A stretch of DNA of 64,000 nt, from positions 1,952,001 to 2,016,000 of the forward strand of contig OZ257156.1 in assembly GCA_965279375.1 (NCBI GenBank), in the 5' to 3' direction. Positions 19,334 to 29,349 of the stretch are shown piece by piece (within the stretch, counting starts at the first letter, position 1; the number at the start of each line of letters is the position of its first letter). The notes under the pieces were generated by a model. That model ran no database searches and was not told where the DNA came from. It saw only the letters and a program-made list of their open reading frames with translations. This DNA is from Gemmatimonas sp. Lineage in GTDB: Bacteria; Gemmatimonadota; Gemmatimonadetes; Gemmatimonadales; Gemmatimonadaceae. The position numbers were made by a program, and so were the translations under genes.

Positions 19334-21232
19334 ATGGCATTGCTGGGCCTGCAGGATGTGCGTGTCGCCTTTGGCGGGCCGCCGGTGCTCGATGCGGCCT
19401 CGTTCGCCATAGAGCGCGGCGAGCGCGTTTGCCTGCTGGGGCGCAACGGTGCGGGCAAGAGCACGCTCATGAAGCTGCTCGACGGGACAGCGGAGCCGGA
19501 CAGCGGTGAGGTCGTACGCCAGGGCGGCGTGACGGTGGCGCGTCTCGAGCAGGACATTCCGGTGGGCGTGGAGGGCTCGATCTACGACGTCGTCGCCGCC
19601 GGCCTTGGGCCTACGGGTGAGCTGCTGGCGCGCTACCACCAGGCCAGTCAGCGTGTGGCGACCGACTCCTCCGATGCGGCACTGCGAGATCTCGACCGTT
19701 TGCATCATGCGCTCGACGCCGCTGACGCGTGGCAGATCCAGACGCGTGTTGAGACGGTGCTGGAGCATCTCGGGCTCGACGCCGACGCGACCTTTGCGGC
19801 GGCATCTGGTGGGCGCAAGCGGCAGACGCTGTTGGCGCGCGCGCTGGTACGGCAGCCTGACGTGTTGCTGCTCGACGAACCGACCAACCACCTCGACATC
19901 GATGCGGTCGAATGGATGGAGCAGTTCCTGATCGATCGTGGCACGACGCTGTTGTTCGTCACGCACGACAGGGCGTTTCTGCGCCGCGTGGCCACGCGCA
20001 TCATCGAGCTTGATCGCGGCAAGTTGGTGGATTGGGGCACCGACTACGACACCTACTTGCAGCGCAAGGAGGCGTCGCTCGCCGCCGAGGCGCGCGAGTG
20101 GGCCGAGTTCGACAAGAAGCTGGCGAAGGAAGAGGTGTGGATTCGCACGGGCATTCAGGCGCGTCGTACGCGCAATGAGGGTCGTGTGCGCGGACTCGAG
20201 GCGCTGCGCGTCGAGCGCGCCGCACGTCGCGATCGCATCGGCACCGTCAAGCTGCAGGCAAGCGAGGCTGAACGCTCGGGAAAGCTTGTCTTCGAAGCGA
20301 AGGGCGTCGGATTCAAGCGCGGTGAGCGGGCGATCGTGCGTGATCTGACGACGACGATCATGCGCGGCGATCGCGTGGGGCTCATCGGTCCAAATGGCTC
20401 CGGCAAGACGACGCTGTTGCGACTGTTGCTGGGCGATCTCGAACCCGACACGGGCACGGTGCGCGCGGGCACCAATATCGAGCTGGCGTACTTCGATCAG
20501 CTACGCGAACAGTTGGATCCCGACCGCAGCGTCTTCGACAGCATCGCCGATGGCGCGGACTTCGTGAACGTGGGCGGCGCCACCAAGCACGTACACGGAT
20601 ATCTGCAGGAGTTTCTCTTCTCCACCGATCGGGCGCGCACGCCGGTGCGCGCGCTCTCGGGTGGGGAACGCAACCGTCTGCTGCTGGCGCGCTTGTTCAC
20701 GCGTTCGTTCAACTTGCTCGTGCTCGATGAGCCCACCAACGATCTCGACATCGAGACGCTGGATCTGTTGGAAGCGCTGCTGTTGGAATACAGCGGCACG
20801 CTGCTGTTGGTGAGCCACGATCGCGCGTTTCTCGACAACGTCGTGACCAGCACACTGGTGCTCGAAGGTGGCGGACGTGTGGGTGAGTACGCCGGTGGCT
20901 ACAGCGACTGGGTGCGGCAGCGAAAGCCTGTGAGTGCCGCAGCGCCCAAACGCGCCGCAGCTCCAGCGGCCCCGTCGACCAATGCGTCGACGCGCAGCGA
21001 AAAGAAGCGCAAGCTGTCGTACAAGGAGACGCAGGAGTTGACGGCCCTCCCCGATCGCATCGATGCACTGGAACAGGAGCGGGCGGTGCTCTATGCCTCG
21101 ATGTCCGATCCGGTTTTTCTGCGTGACGGCACGGCGGTGCTGCAGGCGAATGCCCGACTGACCGCAGTCGATGCGGAGATCGCGCAGCTAACCAATCGTT
21201 GGGAAGAATTGGAGACCATCGCGTCAGGGTGA
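19334..21232 (+). CDS. uup: ABC-F ATPase, Uup family
   Basis: Two ABC domains (GRNGAGKS, GPNGSGKT), ARRTRNEGRVR linker, C-terminal KRKLSYKE..RWEELE domain. Confidence 0.92.
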   Translation: MALLGLQDVRVAFGGPPVLDAASFAIERGERVCLLGRNGAGKSTLMKLLDGTAEPDSGEVVRQGGVTVARLEQDIPVGVEGSIYDVVAAGLGPTGELLARYHQASQRVATDSSDAALRDLDRLHHALDAADAWQIQTRVETVLEHLGLDADATFAAASGGRKRQTLLARALVRQPDVLLLDEPTNHLDIDAVEWMEQFLIDRGTTLLFVTHDRAFLRRVATRIIELDRGKLVDWGTDYDTYLQRKEASLAAEAREWAEFDKKLAKEEVWIRTGIQARRTRNEGRVRGLEALRVERAARRDRIGTVKLQASEAERSGKLVFEAKGVGFKRGERAIVRDLTTTIMRGDRVGLIGPNGSGKTTLLRLLLGDLEPDTGTVRAGTNIELAYFDQLREQLDPDRSVFDSIADGADFVNVGGATKHVHGYLQEFLFSTDRARTPVRALSGGERNRLLLARLFTRSFNLLVLDEPTNDLDIETLDLLEALLLEYSGTLLLVSHDRAFLDNVVTSTLVLEGGGRVGEYAGGYSDWVRQRKPVSAAAPKRAAAPAAPSTNASTRSEKKRKLSYKETQELTALPDRIDALEQERAVLYASMSDPVFLRDGTAVLQANARLTAVDAEIAQLTNRWEELETIASG

Positions 21233-21333
21233 CGCTGCACCGCGCGACGCGAGGCCAGTGACAGCGGTCGAACATGCATTTGTTCGTCTGCTGAACCATG
21301 GCGTCTTACGGCTCGGATCGGCACATTCGGGGC

Positions 21334-23382
21334 GTGAAGCTACCGTTGCCGACCTCGTTGACGCTCACCCAGCAATTCGCGCCTGCTGAATTCCGCCGCT
21401 GGGCGCTCACCGGCATCTCGGTCGGGTTGTCGGGTTACGTGATCTCGTTGGTGCTCAACCTGGTCATGTACGGCCCGGCGTCGCCGATGATTCCGCGGCT
21501 GGTCCTCTTCACCTGCGTTCAGGCGCTCTCGTTGGTATTGGCCGCCAAGGGCCGCGAAGTCCTTGGAGGCATCATCGCGCTGACGGGCACGTGGCTCGAG
21601 CTCCACATCGCGTTCATGCTGGAGGGTGGCTTCCCGCCCGCAGGCATGGTGGTGATGCCGGGGCTGATCTTCACCATCGGCTTGCTACTCGGCGCGCGCG
21701 CTGCGGGCATCACGACCGTCGTCACCATTGCTACGACGACGCTCGCCAACAGCATCTCGCCATCGGTGCGCGCGTCCGGCACTACGCCCGAGGTGATCAC
21801 GTGGCACGTGTTGTACGTCATCGCGATGCTGATGGCCTGGGCAATGGTCGGCCTGAGTCTGAAGGGATTCGCGCGAGTGTTCGACGAGATGACCGCGAAG
21901 GAGCGTGATCTCGCGGACCTCATTCGCTTCTCGCCGGACGGCATTCTGCTGCTCGACGGTGAGCGTCGGGTGCTGATCGCCAATCCTGCCGCCGAGTCGA
22001 TCCTCGATATCTCGGTGGAGCGCATCGTCGGACGTACGGTGGACGCGCTGCTGCTCGAAGCGACGCGCGCAGCCAACGTGGTGGATGCAGCGTCGCTCTT
22101 GCCGCAGGACACCGGCGCCCATCCGGTCGCGATCGAGCTGACGTCGAAGAACGGGTCCACCGTTCACGTCGAGGCCACCTGGCGACGCATGGAAGGCGAT
22201 CGTCGTCAACTGCTGCTGCGCGATGTCTCGGAACGCATGCGTGCCGAAGCACAGCGACGCGCGATGGAGAAGCATCTCGCGCACGCGCAGCGCCTCGAAG
22301 CCGTCGGCCAACTCGCGGGCAGCATCTCCCACGACTTCAACAACATTCTCACGGCGATGGGTGGCTCGGCGGAGCTGTTGCGCGACGAGACGAATCCGCA
22401 GGAGCAGGTTGAGCTCGTGGACGAGATTCTCGCGGCACGCGATCGGGGTGCGACGCTGACCCGCCAACTTCTGGCGTTCGCGCGCCGTGAAGCGATTCAG
22501 ATGCGTGTGGTGGATATCGCCGAGATCGTGCGCGGCATGGAGCGGCTGCTGCAACGCGTGGTTGGAGAGCAGCATCGATTGGAGATGCGGCTCGCTGTCG
22601 GCTGTCGTGTGCGAATCGATGTCGCGCAGCTGGAGCAGGCAGTCGTGAACCTCGTCTCCAATGCCCGCGACGCGATGCCGTCCGGTGGCACGTGCACGAT
22701 CTCCGTCGAGCGCTCTACAGACGCGGCGCGCGCGGCATGGGTGCGGTTGCACGTCACTGACGACGGCGCCGGCATGGCTGCGGAAGTCGCCGCGCAAGCC
22801 TTCGAACCATTCTTCACCACCAAGGCGCGCGGGCAGGGCACCGGTCTCGGCCTCGCGTCGGTCCACGGATCGGCGCTTCGCTTCGGCGGTACGGCGCGTA
22901 TCCAATCGGCGCTTGGTGTGGGTACGAGGGTGACGCTGGAGCTACCGGAGGTAGACGAAGCCCCCGACGAAGCTGTCGGCGCGCCGTTGGATCAAACATA
23001 TCGGCCGGGGCCGTTCTCAATCCTGCTGGCCGAAGATGACCCGGCCGCTCGGAGTATCGTGGAGCGCATGTTGCGACGCGTTGGGTATGATGTGCATCTC
23101 GCGGGTGACGGCGTGGAGGCGGTGCATCTCGTGGAAGATCATGGGTTGCGCCCCGATCTCGTCCTCACCGATGTGATGATGCCCGGGCTGACGGGTCCGG
23201 AAGTCGCGCGACGCATTCATGTGCAGCAGCCTGAGGTGCCCGTGCTGTTCATGTCGGGCTACGCCGAAGAGGCGATCGGCGATCTGGGCACGCAGCGTGC
23301 CGATCGCGACTTGATAACGAAGCCCTTCTCGAGCGCTTCACTGCTCGCGCGGATCAGTGAATTGCTCAAGACCACCGTCTGA
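21334..23382 (+). CDS. Membrane hybrid histidine kinase (TM-PAS-HisKA-HATPase-REC)
   Basis: SHDFNNIL, NARDAM, FEPFFTTK, GTGLGL, TDVMMP; start GTG 21334 or ATG 21298. Confidence 0.93.
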   Translation: MKLPLPTSLTLTQQFAPAEFRRWALTGISVGLSGYVISLVLNLVMYGPASPMIPRLVLFTCVQALSLVLAAKGREVLGGIIALTGTWLELHIAFMLEGGFPPAGMVVMPGLIFTIGLLLGARAAGITTVVTIATTTLANSISPSVRASGTTPEVITWHVLYVIAMLMAWAMVGLSLKGFARVFDEMTAKERDLADLIRFSPDGILLLDGERRVLIANPAAESILDISVERIVGRTVDALLLEATRAANVVDAASLLPQDTGAHPVAIELTSKNGSTVHVEATWRRMEGDRRQLLLRDVSERMRAEAQRRAMEKHLAHAQRLEAVGQLAGSISHDFNNILTAMGGSAELLRDETNPQEQVELVDEILAARDRGATLTRQLLAFARREAIQMRVVDIAEIVRGMERLLQRVVGEQHRLEMRLAVGCRVRIDVAQLEQAVVNLVSNARDAMPSGGTCTISVERSTDAARAAWVRLHVTDDGAGMAAEVAAQAFEPFFTTKARGQGTGLGLASVHGSALRFGGTARIQSALGVGTRVTLELPEVDEAPDEAVGAPLDQTYRPGPFSILLAEDDPAARSIVERMLRRVGYDVHLAGDGVEAVHLVEDHGLRPDLVLTDVMMPGLTGPEVARRIHVQQPEVPVLFMSGYAEEAIGDLGTQRADRDLITKPFSSASLLARISELLKTTV

Positions 23383-23395
23383 CCGTACTCGCCGC

Positions 23396-24745
23396 ATGAA
23401 TCGACGGACCTTCTCGAAGCTGACCACGCAATCGATGGCTGGCGTATTCGCTGCGGTCGCGCTTCCGCGTTCGCTGCATGGCGCGGCGGGCAGCTTCGTC
23501 GCCCGACTGCAGCAGTCTGCGCCGCCAGTGAATGGCGCCCGACTCAACGGATGGCTGTCAGCAATTGGCGAGTTCGGCAAGAATCCGCAGGGCGGAGTAA
23601 CGCGCCTCGCCTACTCGCCACCCGATCTCGCGGCGCGTGCCTACGTCACGCAGCTCCTGCGTGATGCCGGCCTGACGGTGCGTGTCGATGCGGCGGGCAA
23701 CATCTACGGACGACGCGCGGGAACGCGCGCGAATGCGGCGCCGATCATCTTCGGCTCGCACGTCGATTCGGTGCCGGAAGGCGGCAACTACGACGGCAAT
23801 GTCGGCGTGCTCGGCGCCATCGAAGTCGCGCGGACGTTCAACGAACGCGGTATTACGACAGCACATCCGCTGGACATCGTCATCTGGCAGAACGAGGAAG
23901 GCGGCACCTGGGGCAGTCATCTGGTGACCGCGGCCGTCACTGACGCCGAGCTGGCGACCGTGGCGCGCAGTGGCGTCTCGATTCGCGATGGTGTGACCAT
24001 GCTGGGCGGTAACGTAGCGGCACTCCCGACGGCGCGGCTGCAGAAGGGGCAGGTGCACGGGTATCTCGAGCTGCACATCGAACAAGGCGGCATTCTCGAT
24101 CGCGAGAAGCTGCAGATCGGCATCGTCGAAGGGATTGTGGGGCTGCGCGAGTGGGACGTCACCATCGACGGCGTCGCGAATCACGCCGGCACAACGCCGA
24201 TGGCCGAGCGCCATGATGCGATGCTGGCCGCCGCGCGATTCACTGAGCTGGTGAATCGTGTGGTCACCGGCGAGAGCGGGCGACAGGTGGGGACCGTCGG
24301 ACGCATTCAGGCGTTTCCCGGCGCGCCCAACGTGGTACCGGGACGCGTTGCGTGCACACTCGAGCTGCGCGACCTCGACGACCGCAAGATCCAGCGACTC
24401 TACGAGACCATCGTGGCGGAATCGAAGAAGATTGGCGCGATGAACGGCACGACGTTCAACTACCACGAGTTCGTCACACACGAGTCCGCGCTGTGCGACG
24501 AGCGCGTGCGCACCATCGTCGGCGATTCCGCCAAGTCGCTCGGCTTCACCAGCAAGAGCTTGCCGAGCGGAGCGGGCCATGATGCGCAGAACCTCGCGCG
24601 CATCTGCCCCATGGGAATGATCTTCATCCCCAGCGTCGACGGCATCAGTCACGCACCAAAGGAGTTCTCGCGTCCGCAGGACATCACCAACGGCGCGAAT
24701 GTGCTCGCAGCCGCCGTGCTGCGCATGGACCGCGCGACGTTCTAG
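23396..24745 (+). CDS. Zn-dependent amidohydrolase, allantoate amidohydrolase / N-carbamoylase family (M20), with Tat-like leader
   Basis: GSHVDSV, GGNYDG, NEEG, ELHIEQG, NHAGTTPM, SGAGHDAQ, GISH; N-terminal NRRTF. Confidence 0.93.
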   Translation: MNRRTFSKLTTQSMAGVFAAVALPRSLHGAAGSFVARLQQSAPPVNGARLNGWLSAIGEFGKNPQGGVTRLAYSPPDLAARAYVTQLLRDAGLTVRVDAAGNIYGRRAGTRANAAPIIFGSHVDSVPEGGNYDGNVGVLGAIEVARTFNERGITTAHPLDIVIWQNEEGGTWGSHLVTAAVTDAELATVARSGVSIRDGVTMLGGNVAALPTARLQKGQVHGYLELHIEQGGILDREKLQIGIVEGIVGLREWDVTIDGVANHAGTTPMAERHDAMLAAARFTELVNRVVTGESGRQVGTVGRIQAFPGAPNVVPGRVACTLELRDLDDRKIQRLYETIVAESKKIGAMNGTTFNYHEFVTHESALCDERVRTIVGDSAKSLGFTSKSLPSGAGHDAQNLARICPMGMIFIPSVDGISHAPKEFSRPQDITNGANVLAAAVLRMDRATF

Positions 24746-24785
24746 GCGCAGCTGTGCTGCTACGAAGGCGCCGCGCGTTGGTTGG

Positions 24786-25811
24786 TTAGCGGCGTCCCGG
24801 GCGCGAGGGACGGATCGCTGCGAGCGCGTCGCGCATCGCCTGCAGCACGACCGCGAACGCAGGGTGCGTCGGTTCGAGCATGGTGAAGTGACTCGTGGTG
24901 TCGGCGATGACGACCCAGCTGCTGTCGCCGGCTCGACGCGCGCGCTCGGCGTACGGCGTCATGGCGCCGGCGGCCGAGCCGAAGGTGTAGAGCCGCGCAT
25001 CGAGTGAGCCGCGTACCATCGCCTGTGGAACGCCGAGAGGGAGAAACTCCGAGGGGGACGCGTCGCGCCAGCGCGCAGGCTGCGCACTCGGCAGGCTGCC
25101 CAGGAGCTGCTCGAGGACGTTCCCGCCGCAGATCTTGCTGATGCCTTCGTTCGACGCGACGAGATCACCCGGTCCGTCGAGCGCAACGACGGCCTGAATG
25201 GGGAGCGGGGGCGTGGTCGCGTGGATGGCGCTGGTGGCCGGCAGCTTGGGCTGTGCCGCGAGCCACAAGGCGAGATGCGCACCGGCGGAATGCCCCGAGG
25301 CAATCACGCGGGTGAGGTCGAGATGGTACTTGGGTGCCAAGTCGCGCAGCAGGCGGGTTTCCGCAGCGACGTCGAGAAATGTCCCGGGCCATCCGCCGCC
25401 GTCCTCGTCGGCTCGTCGGTACGAGATCGTCCACGACGCGATGCCCGCTTGACGCAGCGCCTCGGCCATCGGGCGCATATACCGCGCGTCCGCGTACTTG
25501 GTGATCCAGCAGCCGCCATGAATGACGATGGCTACTGGATGCGGCCCGTTGCCGGCAGGGACACGCAGCTCGGCGGCGAGGTCCTTCGTACCGGAGCGCC
25601 ACACAACGGTCGTGTCGGCGCGCGGAACGGCCTGCGCTTCGAGTGTTCCCGTAGAGACGCGCTGTGCGAGCAGCGGAGAGGACACGCTCACTATGCCAAG
25701 ACAGAGCAGTCCGAGTGCGCAGGCGATGCGTTGCACTGAGGAGCGCGGCGGGTTGCGCTGGGCAAGCGGGGAGGCGGGGGGCGCCTGCGGCGGGCGGCGG
25801 AGGATCGGCAT
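24786..25811 (-). CDS. Secreted alpha/beta hydrolase (esterase/lipase)
   Basis: HGGCW oxyanion motif and GHSAG nucleophile elbow. Confidence 0.9.
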   Translation of the reverse strand: MPILRRPPQAPPASPLAQRNPPRSSVQRIACALGLLCLGIVSVSSPLLAQRVSTGTLEAQAVPRADTTVVWRSGTKDLAAELRVPAGNGPHPVAIVIHGGCWITKYADARYMRPMAEALRQAGIASWTISYRRADEDGGGWPGTFLDVAAETRLLRDLAPKYHLDLTRVIASGHSAGAHLALWLAAQPKLPATSAIHATTPPLPIQAVVALDGPGDLVASNEGISKICGGNVLEQLLGSLPSAQPARWRDASPSEFLPLGVPQAMVRGSLDARLYTFGSAAGAMTPYAERARRAGDSSWVVIADTTSHFTMLEPTHPAFAVVLQAMRDALAAIRPSRPGRR

Positions 25812-26043
25812 GGTGACAAATCAAACACGATCCAGCCCGCCGCGTGCCAAGCAGACTGCACGGCCACGAGATTCGCGCGCACTTCTCGCGCCGTGCAGGG
25901 AAACACGCTCGACTCGTCGAGCCGGGCGTCGTCCACATCGCCGACGATCGCCAGGCGACGTTCCGCTGTACGATCTCGACGATGCACTGCAATGAGCCGA
26001 CGTCAGGGGCGGCCGCATCGCTCACGCGGCGGCCGCATCACGA

Positions 26044-26253
26044 TCAGTCGGCGCGCTTTGGCGTGTTGGCCAGCTTCTGCTCCACCTTCCCAAGGACCTG
26101 CTGAGCCTTCCCCTTGAGCTGCTCGCCCTTCCCCTTGAGCTGCTGCGAGGTGTCGCCGGTCACTTCGCCAATCGCGCTGCGAGCGCGGCCTTCGGCCTCG
26201 GTCACGGCGCCCTCGATCCGGTTCTTCGTGCCCTTCTCATGCATCTTGGACAT
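26044..26253 (-). CDS. CsbD-family general stress protein
   Basis: NRIEG..GEVTGD..QLKGKGEQLKGKAQ; GGAG RBS before ATG 26253. Confidence 0.88.
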   Translation of the reverse strand: MSKMHEKGTKNRIEGAVTEAEGRARSAIGEVTGDTSQQLKGKGEQLKGKAQQVLGKVEQKLANTPKRAD

Positions 26254-26316
26254 GGTAACTCCGATGTGAAAGGTGTGCGTGCCCGTCACACTTTCCGAGC
26301 ACACGGTACCTTGGGG

Positions 26317-26332
26317 TGCAAGTACCGGGCCT
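26317..26332 (-). promoter_or_regulatory. Putative sigma54 (-24/-12) promoter of the CsbD gene
   Basis: Minus strand AGGCCCG-GTAC-TTGCA, GG-N10-GC spacing, 64 bp upstream of the ATG. Confidence 0.55.
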
Positions 26333-26430
26333 CGGCGTGTGCCACCTGGTCCGCATGTCCCGCATGCGTCACAGTGTGAAAAAAGATCCACGCATCGTCC
26401 CTCACCCCTCTTTAACGCGACCCTCACACC

Positions 26431-26952
26431 ATGAACTGCTCACCATCGATTCCAGTGCCTCGAACATCCACGCAGCGATCGTTGCGCAGCATCGCAATTG
26501 CATCAACCATCATGCTGCTCGCGGCGGTACGGAGTGCCAGTGCGCAACTCGCCGATACCAAGGCGCTCACGGCTGACGCAGTGAAGTCGATGCTCGCCGC
26601 AGCCGAGTCCAAGGCGAAGCAGAACAAGTGGCCCGTGTCGATCAGCATCGTGGATCCGAACGGAGATCTGCTCGGCTTTCTCAAGCTCGACGGCGCGAGT
26701 GTAGGGACCGTTCAGGTGTCGCAGGGGAAGGCTCGCACCGCTGCACGCTTCGGTCGCTCCACCAAGGTCTACGCGGATCGGATCGCCAACGACACACTCA
26801 ACTTTCTGTCTGTCGACGGCGTCTACACGCTGCAAGGCGGATTGCCGATTCTCGTTGGTGGTCGCGTCATTGGAGCCGTTGGTGTGAGCGGTGCAACGAG
26901 TGCGCAGGACGAAGAGGTATCTGCTGCGGCGATCGCTGCGATAAAGCCGTAA
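26431..26952 (+). CDS. Secreted GlcG/HbpS-family heme-binding protein (DUF336)
   Basis: VSISIVD..G, GKARTAA, GGLPI..GAVGVSG..QDE; start uncertain. Confidence 0.88.
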   Translation: MNCSPSIPVPRTSTQRSLRSIAIASTIMLLAAVRSASAQLADTKALTADAVKSMLAAAESKAKQNKWPVSISIVDPNGDLLGFLKLDGASVGTVQVSQGKARTAARFGRSTKVYADRIANDTLNFLSVDGVYTLQGGLPILVGGRVIGAVGVSGATSAQDEEVSAAAIAAIKP

Positions 26953-26985
26953 CAGGGCGTTGCATTGAGGCGCTCTCGCGGCGGT

Positions 26986-27001
26986 TGGCATGGAACGTGC
27001 C
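26986..27001 (+). promoter_or_regulatory. Putative sigma54 promoter of the large outer-membrane protein
   Basis: TGGCATG-GAAC-GTGCC with GG-N10-GC spacing, about 100 bp upstream of the ORF. Confidence 0.5.
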
Positions 27002-27099
27002 CAGTAACGCGAGGGCGCTGAAGCAACCGGCTGGCAGACTGTACGCGAGGTGAATCGCGCAGTGGTTGCGCGCACATCTCCCGCACAGGCTGGCTACAT

Positions 27100-29349
27100 A
27101 TGCGCATCGTTCTGAAGTACAGTGACATTAAACGGAAGCAGTTCGTACCGCAGCAGACTCGACGCGCCGGATACATCGGTGTCTCAGGCGCAGCGTTCGT
27201 AGCACTGCTCGCGGCATCTCTCGCCACTCCCGCTGTGGCAGCGGCGCAGGGCGTACGTTTCACGCTTTCTCCCGCCGCCGAGTATACGTGGTGGGACAAG
27301 TCACTGGGCCTCAAGGATGGTGAGCTCCTTGGCGGTCGCGTGGGCGCAGACTTCGGCTCGCTGCTCTCGGTCAGTGGGTACTTTCACACGCGCGGCGGGC
27401 TCGGCGTGCAGCGCGACAGCATCGGCCCGGTCGGCGGCGTGCTGCCGTCACGCTCGAACAAGACCGATGTTGCGACGTATGGCATCAATCTCGCGCTTCG
27501 ACTCAGTGCAGCGCGCTTCGCACCGTTCATCTCCGCGGGCGCCGGCGTCATTCGATTCGATCCCGACAGCGCCAAACGCATCGAACAGATCAACTACCGC
27601 TACGGCGGCGGATTCCACTATGACATGACGCCGAACATTCGCGCGATGGCCATGGTGGAGGATTCGCGGTTTCGCCTCGCTCCGAACGCACTGTTTCGCG
27701 TGCCTTCCACGACCGTTGGTGGAGCCGGCAGCGACAAGCAGACGACGCGCAGCAACTGGGTGGTGAGCGCTGGACTGGGCATCGCCGTTGGCGGCTCGCT
27801 CGACGGCGTCGATCCCGAAGCAGATCGCTGGTCGGTCGCGTCGATTCCCGTGGAAGCGTTCGCGGGTCGCATCGAGTTTGATGATGCAACGCTGCCGCGG
27901 CAGGCGTTTGCCGGTGTGCGCACCGGTATCGACGTTGGCAACTACGTCGGCCTTCGCGGCTTCTACTGGCAGGGACGCACCGGGGATCTGCGCAACAAGC
28001 AGCAGCTCAACGGCTACGGCGGCGAAGCGCAGTTCAATCTCAATGCATCGCGTGGACCGGCTCCATTTCTGATTGTGGGTGCTGGGCGGCTGGACTTCGA
28101 GAAGGATTATCGCGACAGCCAGGGGCGCACACGCGCCGACGAAACGGCGCTGATCCTTGGCGGCGGCATCGGCATCCGGCTGTCGGACTCGTTTCGACTG
28201 AATGCAGCGGCGCGCGACTATGTGCGTGGTCCGCAGCAGCTCGACAGCATCTCCGGGCTCAAGCAGTTGAGCAACAACTGGATGTACAGTGTGGGGATCG
28301 GATACAGCATCAATCGGTCGCGCCGCGCGGCCGCGCGTCCGAAGCCGGATCGAGACGCGGATCGCTACGCCGATCGCAACGCCGATCGCGACGATGCACG
28401 CGATGGGGCTCGCATGCGAGATCGCGATTCCTCCTACACCGCGGGTGCAGCGCGTCGCGATGGTATGCGCGCGTCGCCATCCCGCGCCGCCAATGATTCT
28501 GCGGCTCGCGCAGAACGTGAGCGGGCGGCTACGGCCGTGCGAACCATCACACTCCCCGTGCCGCTGGTCGGTGAATTGTACGTGCGCTACGGCGACAGCA
28601 CGTCGCGTGCGATGATGCCCATGCCGATGCATTCGCCAATGAACATGCCCGGGAACATGCCGGGGATGATGCCGGGGATGATGGCGCCTCGCGATACCAC
28701 GGTGCGTGCGGCGACGGCGACGGACTCGGTGGTGCGGGCGCTGCAGCTTCGCATCGAGCAGCTCGAAGTGCGTCTGCGTGAGGCAGAAGCGCGTCGCGTA
28801 CCTCCCACTGCAGCAGCACCCGCGACGCCGTCGGTCGAGCCGATGGTCGAGCGTCAGCTCATCGTTCAGATCGATACGGTCGTGCGCCGTGGCACGTCAC
28901 GCACGAACGCGCCGCGCTCAAACTCAGCGACGCAGATCGTGCAGGTTTCTCCCTACGTCGCTGGCTTCGACCAGCTTGTGCTCGGCGTCCAGCTCGACGC
29001 CGGCCCGATCATGGGCATGCAAGCGTTGCGCTTCGTGCCGGACTTCGCGATCGGTCTGGGCTCCGATCCGTCGGTGTCCCTCGCTGCCGGAGCACAGTAC
29101 GACTTCTCCGTCTTGCGGATCGACGAGAAGTCTGCCGTGCGTCCTCACGTGCGCGTTGGACTGGGATTCATCGCGGCCAGTGGTGACCGCGAGTCCCAGC
29201 TCGGAGTGAACGTGGCATATGGCGTGACCTACAGGGGCACAGCCAATGTCAGCGACCCGCGACGGCCTGCGCTGTTCGTGGAGCACCAGGGAATCGATTT
29301 CTTCTCGACGAATCGCTTCCTGGTCGGAATGCGGTGGCAGGTTAGGTAA
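27100..29349 (+). CDS. Outer-membrane protein with multiple predicted beta-barrel domains
   Basis: Signal peptide ending AAAQ; two similar amphipathic-strand domains (PFISAGAG / PFLIVGAG; NWVVSAGLG / NWMYSVGIG), low-complexity and coiled-coil linker, third strand-rich domain. Confidence 0.75.
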   Translation: MRIVLKYSDIKRKQFVPQQTRRAGYIGVSGAAFVALLAASLATPAVAAAQGVRFTLSPAAEYTWWDKSLGLKDGELLGGRVGADFGSLLSVSGYFHTRGGLGVQRDSIGPVGGVLPSRSNKTDVATYGINLALRLSAARFAPFISAGAGVIRFDPDSAKRIEQINYRYGGGFHYDMTPNIRAMAMVEDSRFRLAPNALFRVPSTTVGGAGSDKQTTRSNWVVSAGLGIAVGGSLDGVDPEADRWSVASIPVEAFAGRIEFDDATLPRQAFAGVRTGIDVGNYVGLRGFYWQGRTGDLRNKQQLNGYGGEAQFNLNASRGPAPFLIVGAGRLDFEKDYRDSQGRTRADETALILGGGIGIRLSDSFRLNAAARDYVRGPQQLDSISGLKQLSNNWMYSVGIGYSINRSRRAAARPKPDRDADRYADRNADRDDARDGARMRDRDSSYTAGAARRDGMRASPSRAANDSAARAERERAATAVRTITLPVPLVGELYVRYGDSTSRAMMPMPMHSPMNMPGNMPGMMPGMMAPRDTTVRAATATDSVVRALQLRIEQLEVRLREAEARRVPPTAAAPATPSVEPMVERQLIVQIDTVVRRGTSRTNAPRSNSATQIVQVSPYVAGFDQLVLGVQLDAGPIMGMQALRFVPDFAIGLGSDPSVSLAAGAQYDFSVLRIDEKSAVRPHVRVGLGFIAASGDRESQLGVNVAYGVTYRGTANVSDPRRPALFVEHQGIDFFSTNRFLVGMRWQVR

